Source of the DNA: Acidobacteriota bacterium
GTDB taxonomy: Bacteria; Acidobacteriota; Holophagae; Holophagales; Holophagaceae
Direction: 5' to 3'
Assembly (NCBI GenBank): GCA_016195985.1
Contig: JACPYP010000013.1
Span: 12,116-76,115, forward strand
Length of the DNA: 64,000 nt
Shown here: piece by piece, positions 46,080 to 55,824 of the stretch
Position numbering within the stretch: the first letter of the stretch is position 1
Layout: each line of letters begins with the position of its first letter
The notes under the pieces: generated by a model
Database searches by the model: none
Seen by the model: only the letters and a program-made list of their open reading frames with translations
Told to the model about the DNA's origin: nothing
Program-made: the position numbers and the translations under genes

Positions 46080-49000
46080 ATGAACGGCTCATTCATGCAT
46101 CGGCTCAAGGCTTTCTGCTTCACGGCGCTCGCTGCAGCTTGTCTCTTTGGGCAGGTGGACAAGAACCTCGTCATGAGCACCGACCTGCTCGATGTTTACT
46201 CCAGTGGAAAGATCAAGCCGGAGGTGCTCACCATCTTCGATTTCTCCGGCTCCATGGAGAATACGTTTTGGCACAAAGACTACTGGACGGATCAAAACAG
46301 CGACTGGGGTTATGCCATACGCTATAACGGCAGTGCGTTGAAATTTGTCAAGCCGTCTGGTTCGTCTGCAGCAGCTCTTTCGAATAACCTTGCCAACGCC
46401 ACTGGGTTTCTGGTTGATCCCGCAGGGAACGCCATCAGTGGGACGCCGACGGCGGCCCTCGTCAAGCAGGCCAGTCACGCCCGTATGACCGCCACCCTAA
46501 CCTCTGGCGGCAAAACCTACACTCGGACTGTCGATATCCCACTTCCGTGGACCATCCTCCAGGTCCCGGCGAGTCTGCCGGTGTCTGCTGGGACCCCGCC
46601 TGTTCCCGACTACATCATGGACCCAGCAAGTGCAACTGCGACTCTCCCACCCACCACCAAAGTCGAGTTTGACAAGGTGTATTCTCTTAGCAACACCAAC
46701 ATCTACAACACGAGCAATGGCCAGATCGGTCTGTTTGCCTACAACCCCGACTATCTGAACTGGATCTTCTGGGGAACCGTCGCCAAGGCGGCGGATGGAA
46801 ACAGCTTCAATGCCGCGACCGTCACAGGTTATCTGGATGACCGCAAACAATCCGCCCCCAGCAACACTCTGACGAGTCCCGTCGCCGGTCTGGGAGGTTA
46901 TTTCCCTGGGGGTGGGGGATATGTTATTCCTGGCGCTTACGATCCCAGTTCAGGTTCCTCATCGACGCCAAGCACCACTGTGTGGAATACAGGTAAGACT
47001 TTTGCCAACGGCCTTCCTGTAGGGACCCGTTGCCACTTTCTGAAGCGAGCCGTGCTCTCCACCTGGTTCGGGACCCAGGGGGGGGCGCAGACCCAGAAGT
47101 CCGTGCTCTGGGCTTACCGGTTCCTCGATGCCAGTGGCACTGAACAGAGCATTTCTCCAAGAACGAACATCAACACCGACAACGAAATTGGAGGCAGCAG
47201 CCAGCGGGCACTGACCCAGCTCAAGAGTGTGACGAGCGGCATCCATGCTTCCGTGTCGGCCATTCAGACGAAGTCGCCCGCCAACGGAACACCCCTGACC
47301 TACGCTTTGGCAAATGCCTACGCACAGTTGGTGATCAACGATTCGGGATCGAGCGTCTTCGATTCGGGCAACGCAAAGGATGGCAAGTCACCTTGCCGAA
47401 CGTCCTTCGTCATTCTCTTCACCGACGGCCTTGGCAACGATGACAACGGCGGGAGCGTGGTGGGCACGGCGGAGGTCGCAACCAATGCGTTGACGGCCGT
47501 AAATACGGAAGCTGACATTCGGGCCATCTCCTTTTCCAAGTTGAATCCAACAACTTCATCGCTTTCCAGCTCGAACTTCAACATTTGGAGCTTGGCGGCC
47601 GTGGCTGCCCATGCCACCGATGCCTCGGCATCCGCCCAATTGACGAGCGGCATCGCATCCGTCAGCTCCTTCGCGCCATTCCGGATCATGTCCCGGGGAG
47701 CCAGTGCGAGTAAGCCAAGGAAGATCACTACCTTTACTGTGGGGTTGTCTTTGGCGGGTTCCAATACGTCAAGCTTCACCGTGGGCGGCAAGGGACCGCT
47801 GCTGCGCACCGCATTGTATGGCGATCCGGAGGTTACCAAATTTGATTTGGCCCACTCCGTGGCCAATGACAAGGGCAGCCAGATCAACAAGACCTTGTAT
47901 CCCGACGCCATCGCCACCGGATTTTATGATGCAACCGACCCCCAGGGGCTCACTAACAGCCTGATTTCACTGTTCTCCCGCATCACTCGAGCTGATACGG
48001 GTATTACGGCACCGGCCGCGCCTCTGGTGGGACTGAACCTGGGCAATCGCGCCTACCTGGGACGTTTCGCCACGGGGATTACCGACAAAGACAACCCCAG
48101 TTCCGTTTGGAGCGGTGATCTGCTCATGGCCGGTCTTGGCATTCAGGGCGACGGATCCGTTGGCTTGAAAGATAAAGATGGGAACTTTCAACAGGATATC
48201 AACGAGAACAATGCGGTGGCTTCCGCTGCCAAAGTTCTGAAGGTCACGGGATGGGCCAATGGAAAGCGCAATGTTTACACGATGATTCCTGGCACCAGCA
48301 TTCCGGCAGGCGGATTAGACCTCACCCTGCCTGCCCAGGCTTTCAGCGACCAGAATGCTGCCCTCCGCGATCCAAAGGTGATGGGGACCTCCAGCGCGAC
48401 CGAGGCCATCAGCCTCATTCGCTTCATCCGTGGGGCAGATCTGGCTGCGCAAACGGACCCGGTGAACCCGACAACCAAAACCGGCACACGGCTCGACATC
48501 ATGGGCGATGTGATCAACAGTTCGCCCGCCGCAGTTGAGTACGATGCAGGCCTGCTGTCCTCGGTCGGTTTTACTGGAACCTATACTGGCGACACGGACC
48601 TGCGGTACCAAGTGATATTCGTGGGTGACAACCAGGGGCATTTCCACGCCTTCGCTGAGAAGAGCGGCATCACTGGTGGCGGATTGCTGCATGGTGAACT
48701 GGTGGAGCTATGGAGCTTCGTGCCACCCGAATTGCTGAACAACCCCAGTGTCAGCACCACGGTCTCCAAGTTGAGCCGCCTGCAATCCAAGGGCAATGCC
48801 CATATCTATACCGTGGACGGTTCCCCTTTTATCTACTTCGATGACTCGGCGACGAAGAACCGCAAGGTCGATAGCGCAGATAAGGTCCGGGTGATTTTCG
48901 GCATGCGCAAGGGCGGGCGCAGTTACTACGCCTTGGACGTGGCGGATCCCGTCAAGCCGAAGCTGGTGTGGATGCTCGACCCCAACACCTCAACGGACCC

Positions 49001-50363
49001 CACCATCCGAACCATGGGGCTGGCCACCTCTGCGCCAGCGGTAGCCAGAGTGGAGATCGGCAGCCCCGCCTCTGTCCAAGACTTGGTGCTCTTGGGAGGC
49101 GGAATGAGCAACAACGAACTAGACGCCAATACCATCGGGAATAATGCCAGTGCCACCAAGCTAGGCCGATCTCTCTTGGCGCTTGATGTCCTGACTGGCG
49201 CGCCCGTTAAGGTTTACGATTTCATTAATAATAGCGCTCTGGCTGCGGCCTTCCCCAACATGGGCGCCATTGGCGCAGGCGCCTTCCCCCTGGAATTCTT
49301 TGTGGGCTCTCGGAAGGCGCAGCGAGTCTATTTCGGCGACTACTCTGGTGGCGTCTACGCCCTTGGTTCGATGAAGCAGTTCACGACCTCGCCAGTGGGT
49401 TGGCGAATTGACAGCTCCAACATCGACGAGTGGACCTCAGATGGCAGTGCGAACGTCAGCACGACACCCGGAAATGCAGGCATGCGCTGGATCTACAAGG
49501 GCCAGGTGACAGTGGATGGGACGGGCATGCTGACCGGAGCTTCTCCCGTGACCTCATTACCGGTTGCCTATCGGTTGCCCAGGGCCATCCCCGAGTTCCG
49601 CCGCCCTGCGGCGAGCACTAACGCGCCCAACATGATCCCGCCCGTGGTTGGAGTTACCTTCGGGACTGGAGACCGGAACGATCCTATGGACCTTGATAAA
49701 TCCATTGGCGGCCCAGTCTCTGGAATTCCCTATCGCCAGATCATGGTCTTTGATCGGCAAGACAGTGCCGACTTGCCCACGGTGGGGGGGCTACCAAGCG
49801 ATGTCAATACTCTCGCAGGAGCCATCACCGACGCCCAGCTCTCTAACCAGACTGGCACAAGCCTCCCAGGGAACACGAGCTATCTGGGCAACAACGTCAA
49901 TTTGGGCTACTACTTGTCCTTCAGCAAGACCACGGATACCACTGTAATTCCCAATATCACCTCCTACGAGAAATCCTACCTGGCTTCCATGGTGATGAAC
50001 GGCGGCTTGATTTTCTCCACCTTCAAGCCTTCGACCTCCGCCGCGGCAGGTACCACCGGCTGCGGTGGTGCGGGAAATACCTATACATTCCGCATGTGCG
50101 ATGCTCTTGCGCCAGTCTTCAATAGCGGCGCCGCCGCCGTCGCTGGGGTGAACGATAAGAAACAGGCCGGATGCAATGGTTATGTCTTCAGCTGGACCAA
50201 CCTCGCCGGTGATCTAACTGCCATCGGCAGCCGCATGATTCTGCAGAGCGGTCAAGACACACCCACCGGTACAGCGACTGCCAGCAACGTCAAGATTCAG
50301 GATCTCGTCGTTGAAGGTGGCACGAATGCTTTCGCTCCCCGGGCTTGGCGCACCGTTCGCTGA
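46080..50363 (+). CDS. pilY1: PilY1-like pilus tip-associated adhesin (N-terminal VWA, C-terminal PilY1-type beta-propeller)
   Basis: ATG at 46080 after GGGAGA. Signal peptide. MIDAS-like DFSGSM and FVILFTDGLGNDD. C-terminal VIFVGDNQGHFHAF and VYFGDYSGGVYAL resemble PilY1 propeller motifs. Confidence 0.78.
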   Translation: MNGSFMHRLKAFCFTALAAACLFGQVDKNLVMSTDLLDVYSSGKIKPEVLTIFDFSGSMENTFWHKDYWTDQNSDWGYAIRYNGSALKFVKPSGSSAAALSNNLANATGFLVDPAGNAISGTPTAALVKQASHARMTATLTSGGKTYTRTVDIPLPWTILQVPASLPVSAGTPPVPDYIMDPASATATLPPTTKVEFDKVYSLSNTNIYNTSNGQIGLFAYNPDYLNWIFWGTVAKAADGNSFNAATVTGYLDDRKQSAPSNTLTSPVAGLGGYFPGGGGYVIPGAYDPSSGSSSTPSTTVWNTGKTFANGLPVGTRCHFLKRAVLSTWFGTQGGAQTQKSVLWAYRFLDASGTEQSISPRTNINTDNEIGGSSQRALTQLKSVTSGIHASVSAIQTKSPANGTPLTYALANAYAQLVINDSGSSVFDSGNAKDGKSPCRTSFVILFTDGLGNDDNGGSVVGTAEVATNALTAVNTEADIRAISFSKLNPTTSSLSSSNFNIWSLAAVAAHATDASASAQLTSGIASVSSFAPFRIMSRGASASKPRKITTFTVGLSLAGSNTSSFTVGGKGPLLRTALYGDPEVTKFDLAHSVANDKGSQINKTLYPDAIATGFYDATDPQGLTNSLISLFSRITRADTGITAPAAPLVGLNLGNRAYLGRFATGITDKDNPSSVWSGDLLMAGLGIQGDGSVGLKDKDGNFQQDINENNAVASAAKVLKVTGWANGKRNVYTMIPGTSIPAGGLDLTLPAQAFSDQNAALRDPKVMGTSSATEAISLIRFIRGADLAAQTDPVNPTTKTGTRLDIMGDVINSSPAAVEYDAGLLSSVGFTGTYTGDTDLRYQVIFVGDNQGHFHAFAEKSGITGGGLLHGELVELWSFVPPELLNNPSVSTTVSKLSRLQSKGNAHIYTVDGSPFIYFDDSATKNRKVDSADKVRVIFGMRKGGRSYYALDVADPVKPKLVWMLDPNTSTDPTIRTMGLATSAPAVARVEIGSPASVQDLVLLGGGMSNNELDANTIGNNASATKLGRSLLALDVLTGAPVKVYDFINNSALAAAFPNMGAIGAGAFPLEFFVGSRKAQRVYFGDYSGGVYALGSMKQFTTSPVGWRIDSSNIDEWTSDGSANVSTTPGNAGMRWIYKGQVTVDGTGMLTGASPVTSLPVAYRLPRAIPEFRRPAASTNAPNMIPPVVGVTFGTGDRNDPMDLDKSIGGPVSGIPYRQIMVFDRQDSADLPTVGGLPSDVNTLAGAITDAQLSNQTGTSLPGNTSYLGNNVNLGYYLSFSKTTDTTVIPNITSYEKSYLASMVMNGGLIFSTFKPSTSAAAGTTGCGGAGNTYTFRMCDALAPVFNSGAAAVAGVNDKKQAGCNGYVFSWTNLAGDLTAIGSRMILQSGQDTPTGTATASNVKIQDLVVEGGTNAFAPRAWRTVR

Positions 50364-50385
50364 TCTCTGCATCAACTGCACCCCT

Positions 50386-50408
50386 GGGGCCCTTCGGGGC
50401 CCCTTTTT
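50386..50408 (+). terminator. Rho-independent terminator after the pilY1-like gene
   Basis: GGGGCCC-TTCG-GGGCCCC followed by TTTTT. Confidence 0.75.
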
Positions 50409-50425
50409 CGTGCTGGCCGCCGTCG

Positions 50426-51262
50426 GTGGTACGCTGGCTTGTGTCGGAACCTTCGCCCATCGCCCGCCTTCGCCCCAAAAAGGCCTTCGGCCAGAACTTC
50501 CTGGTGAACGAGGGGGCCATCGCGGCCATTGTGAACTCGGCGCTTGGTTCGAGCGCACCGCGTCTTCTGGAGATCGGGCCGGGGCCGGGGGTGTTGACGG
50601 AGCGGCTGCTGGCGGATGGGCGGCCTCTGTGGGCGGTGGATCTGGATCCCGAAGCCTGTGACCTGCTGAGGGATCGGTTTGGCTCCGAATCCCATTTCCA
50701 TCTGCTGCATGGCGATGCGGTGCGGCTGCCTTTGCCTGATGGAGGAGAGGCCTGGTCGGTCATCGGGAACTTGCCCTACAACGCCGCCACGCCCATCCTG
50801 GCCCGGCTGCTCACTGAGGGCATTCCCTGGGACCGCATGGTGCTCATGTTCCAACTGGAAGTGGCGCAGAAACTCATGGGGGTGCCGGGTACCAAGGCTT
50901 ATGGTCCGCTGTCGGTGCTGGCCCAGCTCTGCGCGCGGCTCACCCGGCTCGTGAAGCTGGGGCCCGGTTCATTCCGTCCGGCGCCCAAGGTGGATTCGGC
51001 GGTGGTGCTCTTCGAGCCGTTGCAGGAGCCGCCCTCGTTGGCGGAACGCCGGGCCCTGCTGATGGTGCTGCATCGTTCCTTCGCCCATCGGCGCAAGACT
51101 TTGGCCAACAACTGGCAGGGGACCCTGCCCGCGGCGGCCTTGCTGGAGGCGGGGCTTGAACCCGCGCTCCGCTCCGAAGTGGTCGCACCGGCCGCCTGGC
51201 TGAAGGCCACCCGAACCCTGTTGTTCCATCATCCGGAGGTGTTCCCATCGTCACGCCCGTAG
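50426..51262 (+). CDS. rsmA: 16S rRNA (adenine1518/1519-N6)-dimethyltransferase
   Basis: PKKAFGQNFLVNEG, LEIGPGPGVLT (SAM site), GNLPYN. GTG 50426 was chosen because it lies downstream of the terminator; GTG 50441 is also possible. Confidence 0.85.
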   Translation: MVRWLVSEPSPIARLRPKKAFGQNFLVNEGAIAAIVNSALGSSAPRLLEIGPGPGVLTERLLADGRPLWAVDLDPEACDLLRDRFGSESHFHLLHGDAVRLPLPDGGEAWSVIGNLPYNAATPILARLLTEGIPWDRMVLMFQLEVAQKLMGVPGTKAYGPLSVLAQLCARLTRLVKLGPGSFRPAPKVDSAVVLFEPLQEPPSLAERRALLMVLHRSFAHRRKTLANNWQGTLPAAALLEAGLEPALRSEVVAPAAWLKATRTLLFHHPEVFPSSRP

Positions 51263-51306
51263 CTCCTGAATTCGAAGCCTGGACCGAAGCCCCCGCCGCC
51301 GGAGAA

Positions 51307-52962
51307 TTGCGGCTGATTCCCATCGGGGGACTCGGCGAATTCGGCATGAACGCGCTGGTGGTGCACGATGCGCGGAGCCTCTTCCTCGTGGATTGCGGGC
51401 AGCTGTTTCCATCGGATGACCAGCCGGGCATCGACTCCATCGTGCCGGACTTCGCCTATCTGGAACCTTTCGCGGATCAGCTGCAGGCGGTGCTCCTAAC
51501 TCACGGCCACGAGGATCACATCGGAGCGCTGCCCTACTTCCTCCGCCGCTGGCCCGTGCCCGTGTATGGCACGGCCTTTACCCTGGGACTCGTGGAAGGC
51601 AAGCTTCGCGAGCACGGTCTCGATCCAGAGCTGCTGCGTCCCGTGAAGGATTATGGCCGAGTGAAGGTGGGTGATATCGAGGCCGAGTGGATTCCCGTCA
51701 CCCATAGCATTCCGGATGCCTGCGCCCTGGCACTGCATACGCCCCAGGGGGTGCTGGTGCATTCCGGCGACTTCAAGCTGGATCCCGAACCCTTGGATGG
51801 CCGCCTCACGGGGCTGGAGCGCCTGAATGCGCTCGGCGATGCGGGGGTGCGCCTGCTCATGGCGGATTCCACCAATGTGGGACGGCCAGGGCGGTCACCA
51901 TCCGAATCCGTTTGCCGGGGCGGTTTGGAAGCGGCCTTTGAACAGACCCAAGGACGACTCTTTGTCGCGACTTTCAGCTCGAACATCCACCGGCTCCAGA
52001 CACTGGTCGATCTCGCCTATGAGTTCCGCCGGAGGGTGGTGATTCTGGGGCGGAGCCTGGATCGCAACATGGCCCTGGCCCGGTCCCTCAAGCATCTACA
52101 GCTTCCGGACGACATTCTCGTGGACGCGAAGGATGCCCATCTCTATGACAAGGGCGAGCTGCTGGTGCTTTGCACGGGCAGTCAGGGCGAGCCCATGAGC
52201 GGTCTCGCCCGGCTGTTGCGGCGCGAAGTGAAGGGCCTGCCCATGGAGCCCGGCGACCGTCTCGTGGTGAGCGCCCGGGCCATTCCCGGAAACGAAGTGG
52301 CCATTTCCCGCATGCTGGATGATGCGGAGCGCTTGGGCGCGGAGACCTCTCTTGAAAACCTTGGCCCAGTCCACGCCTCTGGCCACGGCAGCCGCGATGA
52401 ATTGGCCGATCTCATCCGGGCGGTGCGGCCCGATCACATGGTGCCCGTGCATGGCACCTACCGAAACCTCCGCGCCCATGGCGCCCTGGCCGCCTCGCTG
52501 GGCTGGCCGCCGGAGCGGATTTCGCTGTTGGATGGCGGCCTTTGTCTGCGCTTGCTTGAGGGCGATCGGGTGGACATGGCTGGCGCCGTCCCGGTGGGCA
52601 AATGTTTTGTGCACGAAGGCGTCGATCACATGGTGGATGCCCGGGTGGTGAAGGACCGCCTCATCCTGCAGGAGGATGGCGTGGTGTTCGCGACGCTTCT
52701 GGTGGATCCGCAAACCGGTGAACTGGCTGCCAATCCCACCATCCTCAGCCGAGGGTTCGTCATGCTGTCGGACGACGATGCCTATGCCGAGCTGTTAGCG
52801 GGCGTGGCGCGGCAGACCTATGAGCAGGCCCCTGCTGCAGTGCGGGCGGATGGAGAGGCGCTGCGCGACACCCTGCGTCTGGCCTTGCGCAGGATCATCC
52901 GGAAGACCACCCAGACCCGGCCCCTGGTGATCCCCGTCATCCTGAAGGCACCCCAGGTGTAG
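51307..52962 (+). CDS. rnj: Ribonuclease J
   Basis: IPIGGLGEFGMN, LLTHGHEDHIGALPYF (MBL), beta-CASP layout, HASGHGSRDEL. TTG start. Confidence 0.9.
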   Translation: MRLIPIGGLGEFGMNALVVHDARSLFLVDCGQLFPSDDQPGIDSIVPDFAYLEPFADQLQAVLLTHGHEDHIGALPYFLRRWPVPVYGTAFTLGLVEGKLREHGLDPELLRPVKDYGRVKVGDIEAEWIPVTHSIPDACALALHTPQGVLVHSGDFKLDPEPLDGRLTGLERLNALGDAGVRLLMADSTNVGRPGRSPSESVCRGGLEAAFEQTQGRLFVATFSSNIHRLQTLVDLAYEFRRRVVILGRSLDRNMALARSLKHLQLPDDILVDAKDAHLYDKGELLVLCTGSQGEPMSGLARLLRREVKGLPMEPGDRLVVSARAIPGNEVAISRMLDDAERLGAETSLENLGPVHASGHGSRDELADLIRAVRPDHMVPVHGTYRNLRAHGALAASLGWPPERISLLDGGLCLRLLEGDRVDMAGAVPVGKCFVHEGVDHMVDARVVKDRLILQEDGVVFATLLVDPQTGELAANPTILSRGFVMLSDDDAYAELLAGVARQTYEQAPAAVRADGEALRDTLRLALRRIIRKTTQTRPLVIPVILKAPQV

Positions 52963-52992
52963 GTCCCCGGTGCAGAGTATCAGGCGCAGGCT

Positions 52993-53490
52993 TCAGGGCC
53001 GCTGGAGGCCTTTCCGGAAAAGGCGTCCAGGGCGGCTGATGAATCCCTGCTTGATGGCGTCGGCCATGCGCCGCTGCATGTCCTCCACCTGGAGGATCAG
53101 GCGGACCTGTTGCGCGGGGTTGAGCTTCGCGCGGATGTCATCCTCGAATTTCAGCTTCAATTCCATCTGCTGGCGCCGCAGTTCGACATACTGATCCAGC
53201 AGGGGCCTGACCTTGGCGCTTTTATCCTCTTCCGCGCCGGGGCCCAGCAGGATGTCGTTGAAGCGGCGCCGCAGCTGCTGGATCTGTTTCGTTTTTTCAA
53301 ACTGGTCCTGGTCGTAGCGGGACCAGCGATCGACCACGGCCCTGGCCTGGGGTTCCGGCAGCCCCACCGTCTGCTGCAATTGATCCATCCGGAAGTGCAC
53401 GAGAGGGCGATCCTCCTCGCCTTGGGCCCAATTGGGGAGGGCCGCGACGCAAAGGGCGGAGGCGAGGGCGAATGGGCGGAACATGATCAC
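52993..53490 (-). CDS. Periplasmic Spy/CpxP-like helical protein
   Basis: Signal peptide MFRPFALASALCVAALPNWAQG. Helical and Gln/Arg-rich with repeated LxxxQ-type segments. Last gene of the ECF operon. Family call is tentative. Confidence 0.5.
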   Translation of the reverse strand: MIMFRPFALASALCVAALPNWAQGEEDRPLVHFRMDQLQQTVGLPEPQARAVVDRWSRYDQDQFEKTKQIQQLRRRFNDILLGPGAEEDKSAKVRPLLDQYVELRRQQMELKLKFEDDIRAKLNPAQQVRLILQVEDMQRRMADAIKQGFISRPGRLFRKGLQRP

Positions 53491-53984
53491 CTCGGAGAGG
53501 GCTGGGGCGTGCCGAGACGCTTCAGGAGTGCCTTCATTTCATCAGGGTCAAGCGTCTGGACCTGGGCGGCGTCCTCTTCATGATCATGGAAAGGCGTGTC
53601 GGGCTCGGCGGTTTCGATGTTTTCGGGCTGCCGGGCGGCTTCCGCATAGGGGGTGCGGTTGGCCAGTCCCGCCCAGAAGGCGCCGCCACCCACGGCCAGA
53701 AGCAGGGCCGCGGCCGCCATCCAGGTGAAGGGCGTGATCCGGTGATGCATGGCGGGGCGGGCGGGCAGCTTGCGCAGAATCCGATCGGGCAAGCGATCAA
53801 AGTAGCCGATGGGGGCGAGAACCTCGGGGGTATCCTCCTGGGCCAGATAGGCCACCCGGGCCTCGGAACAGGCGCGGCAGGTGCGCATGTGGGCCTCCGC
53901 ATTGGGGCCGGGATCGAAGGGATCCATGAGCACGGCATCCAAGGTCCGGGCGCAGGCTTCGGGGGCGGGAAGGGGCGGGGTCAA
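53487..53984 (-). CDS. Anti-sigma factor (zf-HC2-like N-terminus, single TM)
   Basis: H-x3-C-x2-C motif (HMRTCRACSE), TM ITPFTWMAAAALLLAVGGGAFWA. TTG start overlaps the sigma factor stop. Confidence 0.7.
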   Translation of the reverse strand: MTPPLPAPEACARTLDAVLMDPFDPGPNAEAHMRTCRACSEARVAYLAQEDTPEVLAPIGYFDRLPDRILRKLPARPAMHHRITPFTWMAAAALLLAVGGGAFWAGLANRTPYAEAARQPENIETAEPDTPFHDHEEDAAQVQTLDPDEMKALLKRLGTPQPSPR

Positions 53985-54628
53985 GGCCGGCCTCCTTTCA
54001 CGTATCGGGTCAGGTTCTGGATGGCATGGAAGATGTGAGCCTTCACGCTGCCCACGGAGGTGCCCATTTCCTGGGCGATCTGTTCATATTTCCAATCGTG
54101 CTGGAGCTTCAGGGTGAGGGCTTCCTTCTGGCGCTTGGGCAGTTTGGGCAGGGCTTCCCGCAGCAACCGGCGGGCCTCCTGATCCAGCGTGGCGGTGATC
54201 TGCGTCTCCTCCACTCGCAGGGCCGCGTGGTCCGCGATCCCATCCGGGCCCTCGAGGCTTTCATGCTCCTTGATCACCCGCTCCCGGTAGTTCAGGGCCT
54301 GCCGGGTGGCGATGGTGATGAGCCACGTACGGAAAGAGGATTCGAACCGGAAGCCGGGCAGGGCGCGGAAGACTCGGATGAAGGTTTCCTGCACCACGTC
54401 ATCGGCATCCTGGTGGTTCTTCAGGATGGAAAAGGCTTTGCCGTAGACATCCCGGGAAAAGAGCCGCACCAGGGAGCCGAAGGCGGCTTGATCGCCCCGC
54501 TGGGCTTCTTCCACCCAGGCCCGGACTTCCGGAGTGTGGTACGGCGAGGCCGCATCGGGCGTCCGGTCGCCGGGCAGGGGTGCCGTCAGGGTCATCAGGG
54601 GCTCGCTCAATGTGGCAACCGCCATCAT
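53981..54628 (-). CDS. ECF-type RNA polymerase sigma factor
   Basis: Region 2 (DADDVVQETFIRVFRAL...FRTWLITIA) and region 4 (LTLKLQHDWKYEQIAQEMGTSVGSVKAHIFHA). Confidence 0.9.
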   Translation of the reverse strand: MMAVATLSEPLMTLTAPLPGDRTPDAASPYHTPEVRAWVEEAQRGDQAAFGSLVRLFSRDVYGKAFSILKNHQDADDVVQETFIRVFRALPGFRFESSFRTWLITIATRQALNYRERVIKEHESLEGPDGIADHAALRVEETQITATLDQEARRLLREALPKLPKRQKEALTLKLQHDWKYEQIAQEMGTSVGSVKAHIFHAIQNLTRYVKGGRP

Positions 54629-54751
54629 GTTAGGCTCCGATGGCGGGGATCAAGCCAAATCCGCCCTCAGTGGATGGACCCGGGGCGGGCACCTGGGGTT
54701 GAATGGACGAAGGACACGGGGCCCCGAATCATCCCGTTCCCAGGAGCTTCC

Positions 54752-55273
54752 ATGCGTGACCGCATCACCCCTTTGCTGTCTGAGGCGCAGATCCGGGACC
54801 GGGTCCAGCAACTCGGCGCCCAATTGGCGGAGGACTACGCGGGCAAGGATCTCGTGGTGGTGGGCCTGCTGAATGGCGTGTTCCCCTTCTTCGCGGACCT
54901 GGTGCGGGCCATGGCGATGGACTTCGACATCAGCTTCATGCAGGTTTCCAGCTATGGCGGCGGTTTGGAGAGCACGGGCGAGGTGCACATCCTCAAGGAT
55001 CTGGACCGCAGCATCCAAGGCCGCCACGCCTTGGTGGTGGAGGACATCGTGGATACCGGGCTGACGCTCTTCAAGGTCAGCAACCTGTTGAAGGACCGGG
55101 AACCCCTCAGCCTGAAGATCTGCACCCTGCTGGACAAGCCGTCCCGGCGCAAGGTCGCGGTTCCAGTGAACTACGTGGGTTTCACCATCGAGGATCATTT
55201 CGTCGTCGGCTACGGGCTGGATCTCGACGGCAAGCTCCGCAACCTGCCCTACGTGGGGGTCTACCACCCGTGA
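54752..55273 (+). CDS. hpt: Hypoxanthine phosphoribosyltransferase
   Basis: ATG at 54752. LVVVGLLNGVFPFFADL and PRPP motif ALVVEDIVDTGLTL. Confidence 0.9.
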   Translation: MRDRITPLLSEAQIRDRVQQLGAQLAEDYAGKDLVVVGLLNGVFPFFADLVRAMAMDFDISFMQVSSYGGGLESTGEVHILKDLDRSIQGRHALVVEDIVDTGLTLFKVSNLLKDREPLSLKICTLLDKPSRRKVAVPVNYVGFTIEDHFVVGYGLDLDGKLRNLPYVGVYHP

Positions 55274-55824
55274 CCGCCTTTCGTGCTGGGGCCTTGTGCT
55301 TCTCTCTCATGCTAGCCTCCGGTTGCGGGTACCACCGCCTGGACCGGCAGCAACGGCCTGCGGCGTGGGCCAAGCGGGGGGAGACCATCCGCCTGGCGCG
55401 CTTCCGCAACCGCACCCCGCGCCTAGGCCTGGAGGACCGCTTCACCCGGGCCCTGGAAAACCGCCTGGTGGCCGCCAGCCCCTGGCGCCTGGTGGCCCAG
55501 GGGGAATCCTCCCGCTGGGTGCTGCAGGGCACCCTCGAGGATTACAAGTCCCGGCCCATCGGGCTGACTCTCGGCAATGACAAGACCAAGGCCAGCGCGG
55601 GCTCCGCCTCCCGCGTGGAGGTGGCGGTGGTGGCCAGCGTCGAGTTGCTGGATGGCCAGACGGGCGCGCTGGTGCTGTCCCGCCGGGGGCTCACATTCTC
55701 GAACCAGTACCGCGTGGATCAAAACTTCGCCAGCTTCGAAAGCCGCGAAGTGCAGATCATCGAAAGCCTGGCGGACGATTTCGCCGAAAGCTTCCTCACC
55801 CAGTTGCTGGAAGGATCGGATTGA
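55270..55824 (+). CDS. lptE: LptE-like outer-membrane lipoprotein
   Basis: Lipobox LMLASGC. Size and its position directly upstream of holA, as in the proteobacterial lptE-holA arrangement. Confidence 0.6.
   Translation: MTAFRAGALCFSLMLASGCGYHRLDRQQRPAAWAKRGETIRLARFRNRTPRLGLEDRFTRALENRLVAASPWRLVAQGESSRWVLQGTLEDYKSRPIGLTLGNDKTKASAGSASRVEVAVVASVELLDGQTGALVLSRRGLTFSNQYRVDQNFASFESREVQIIESLADDFAESFLTQLLEGSD

Noticed and set aside
54329-54345. tRNA T-arm-like string GGATTCGAACC.
   Set aside because: It lies inside the ECF sigma factor coding region (opposite strand), and no acceptor or anticodon arms can be built around it.
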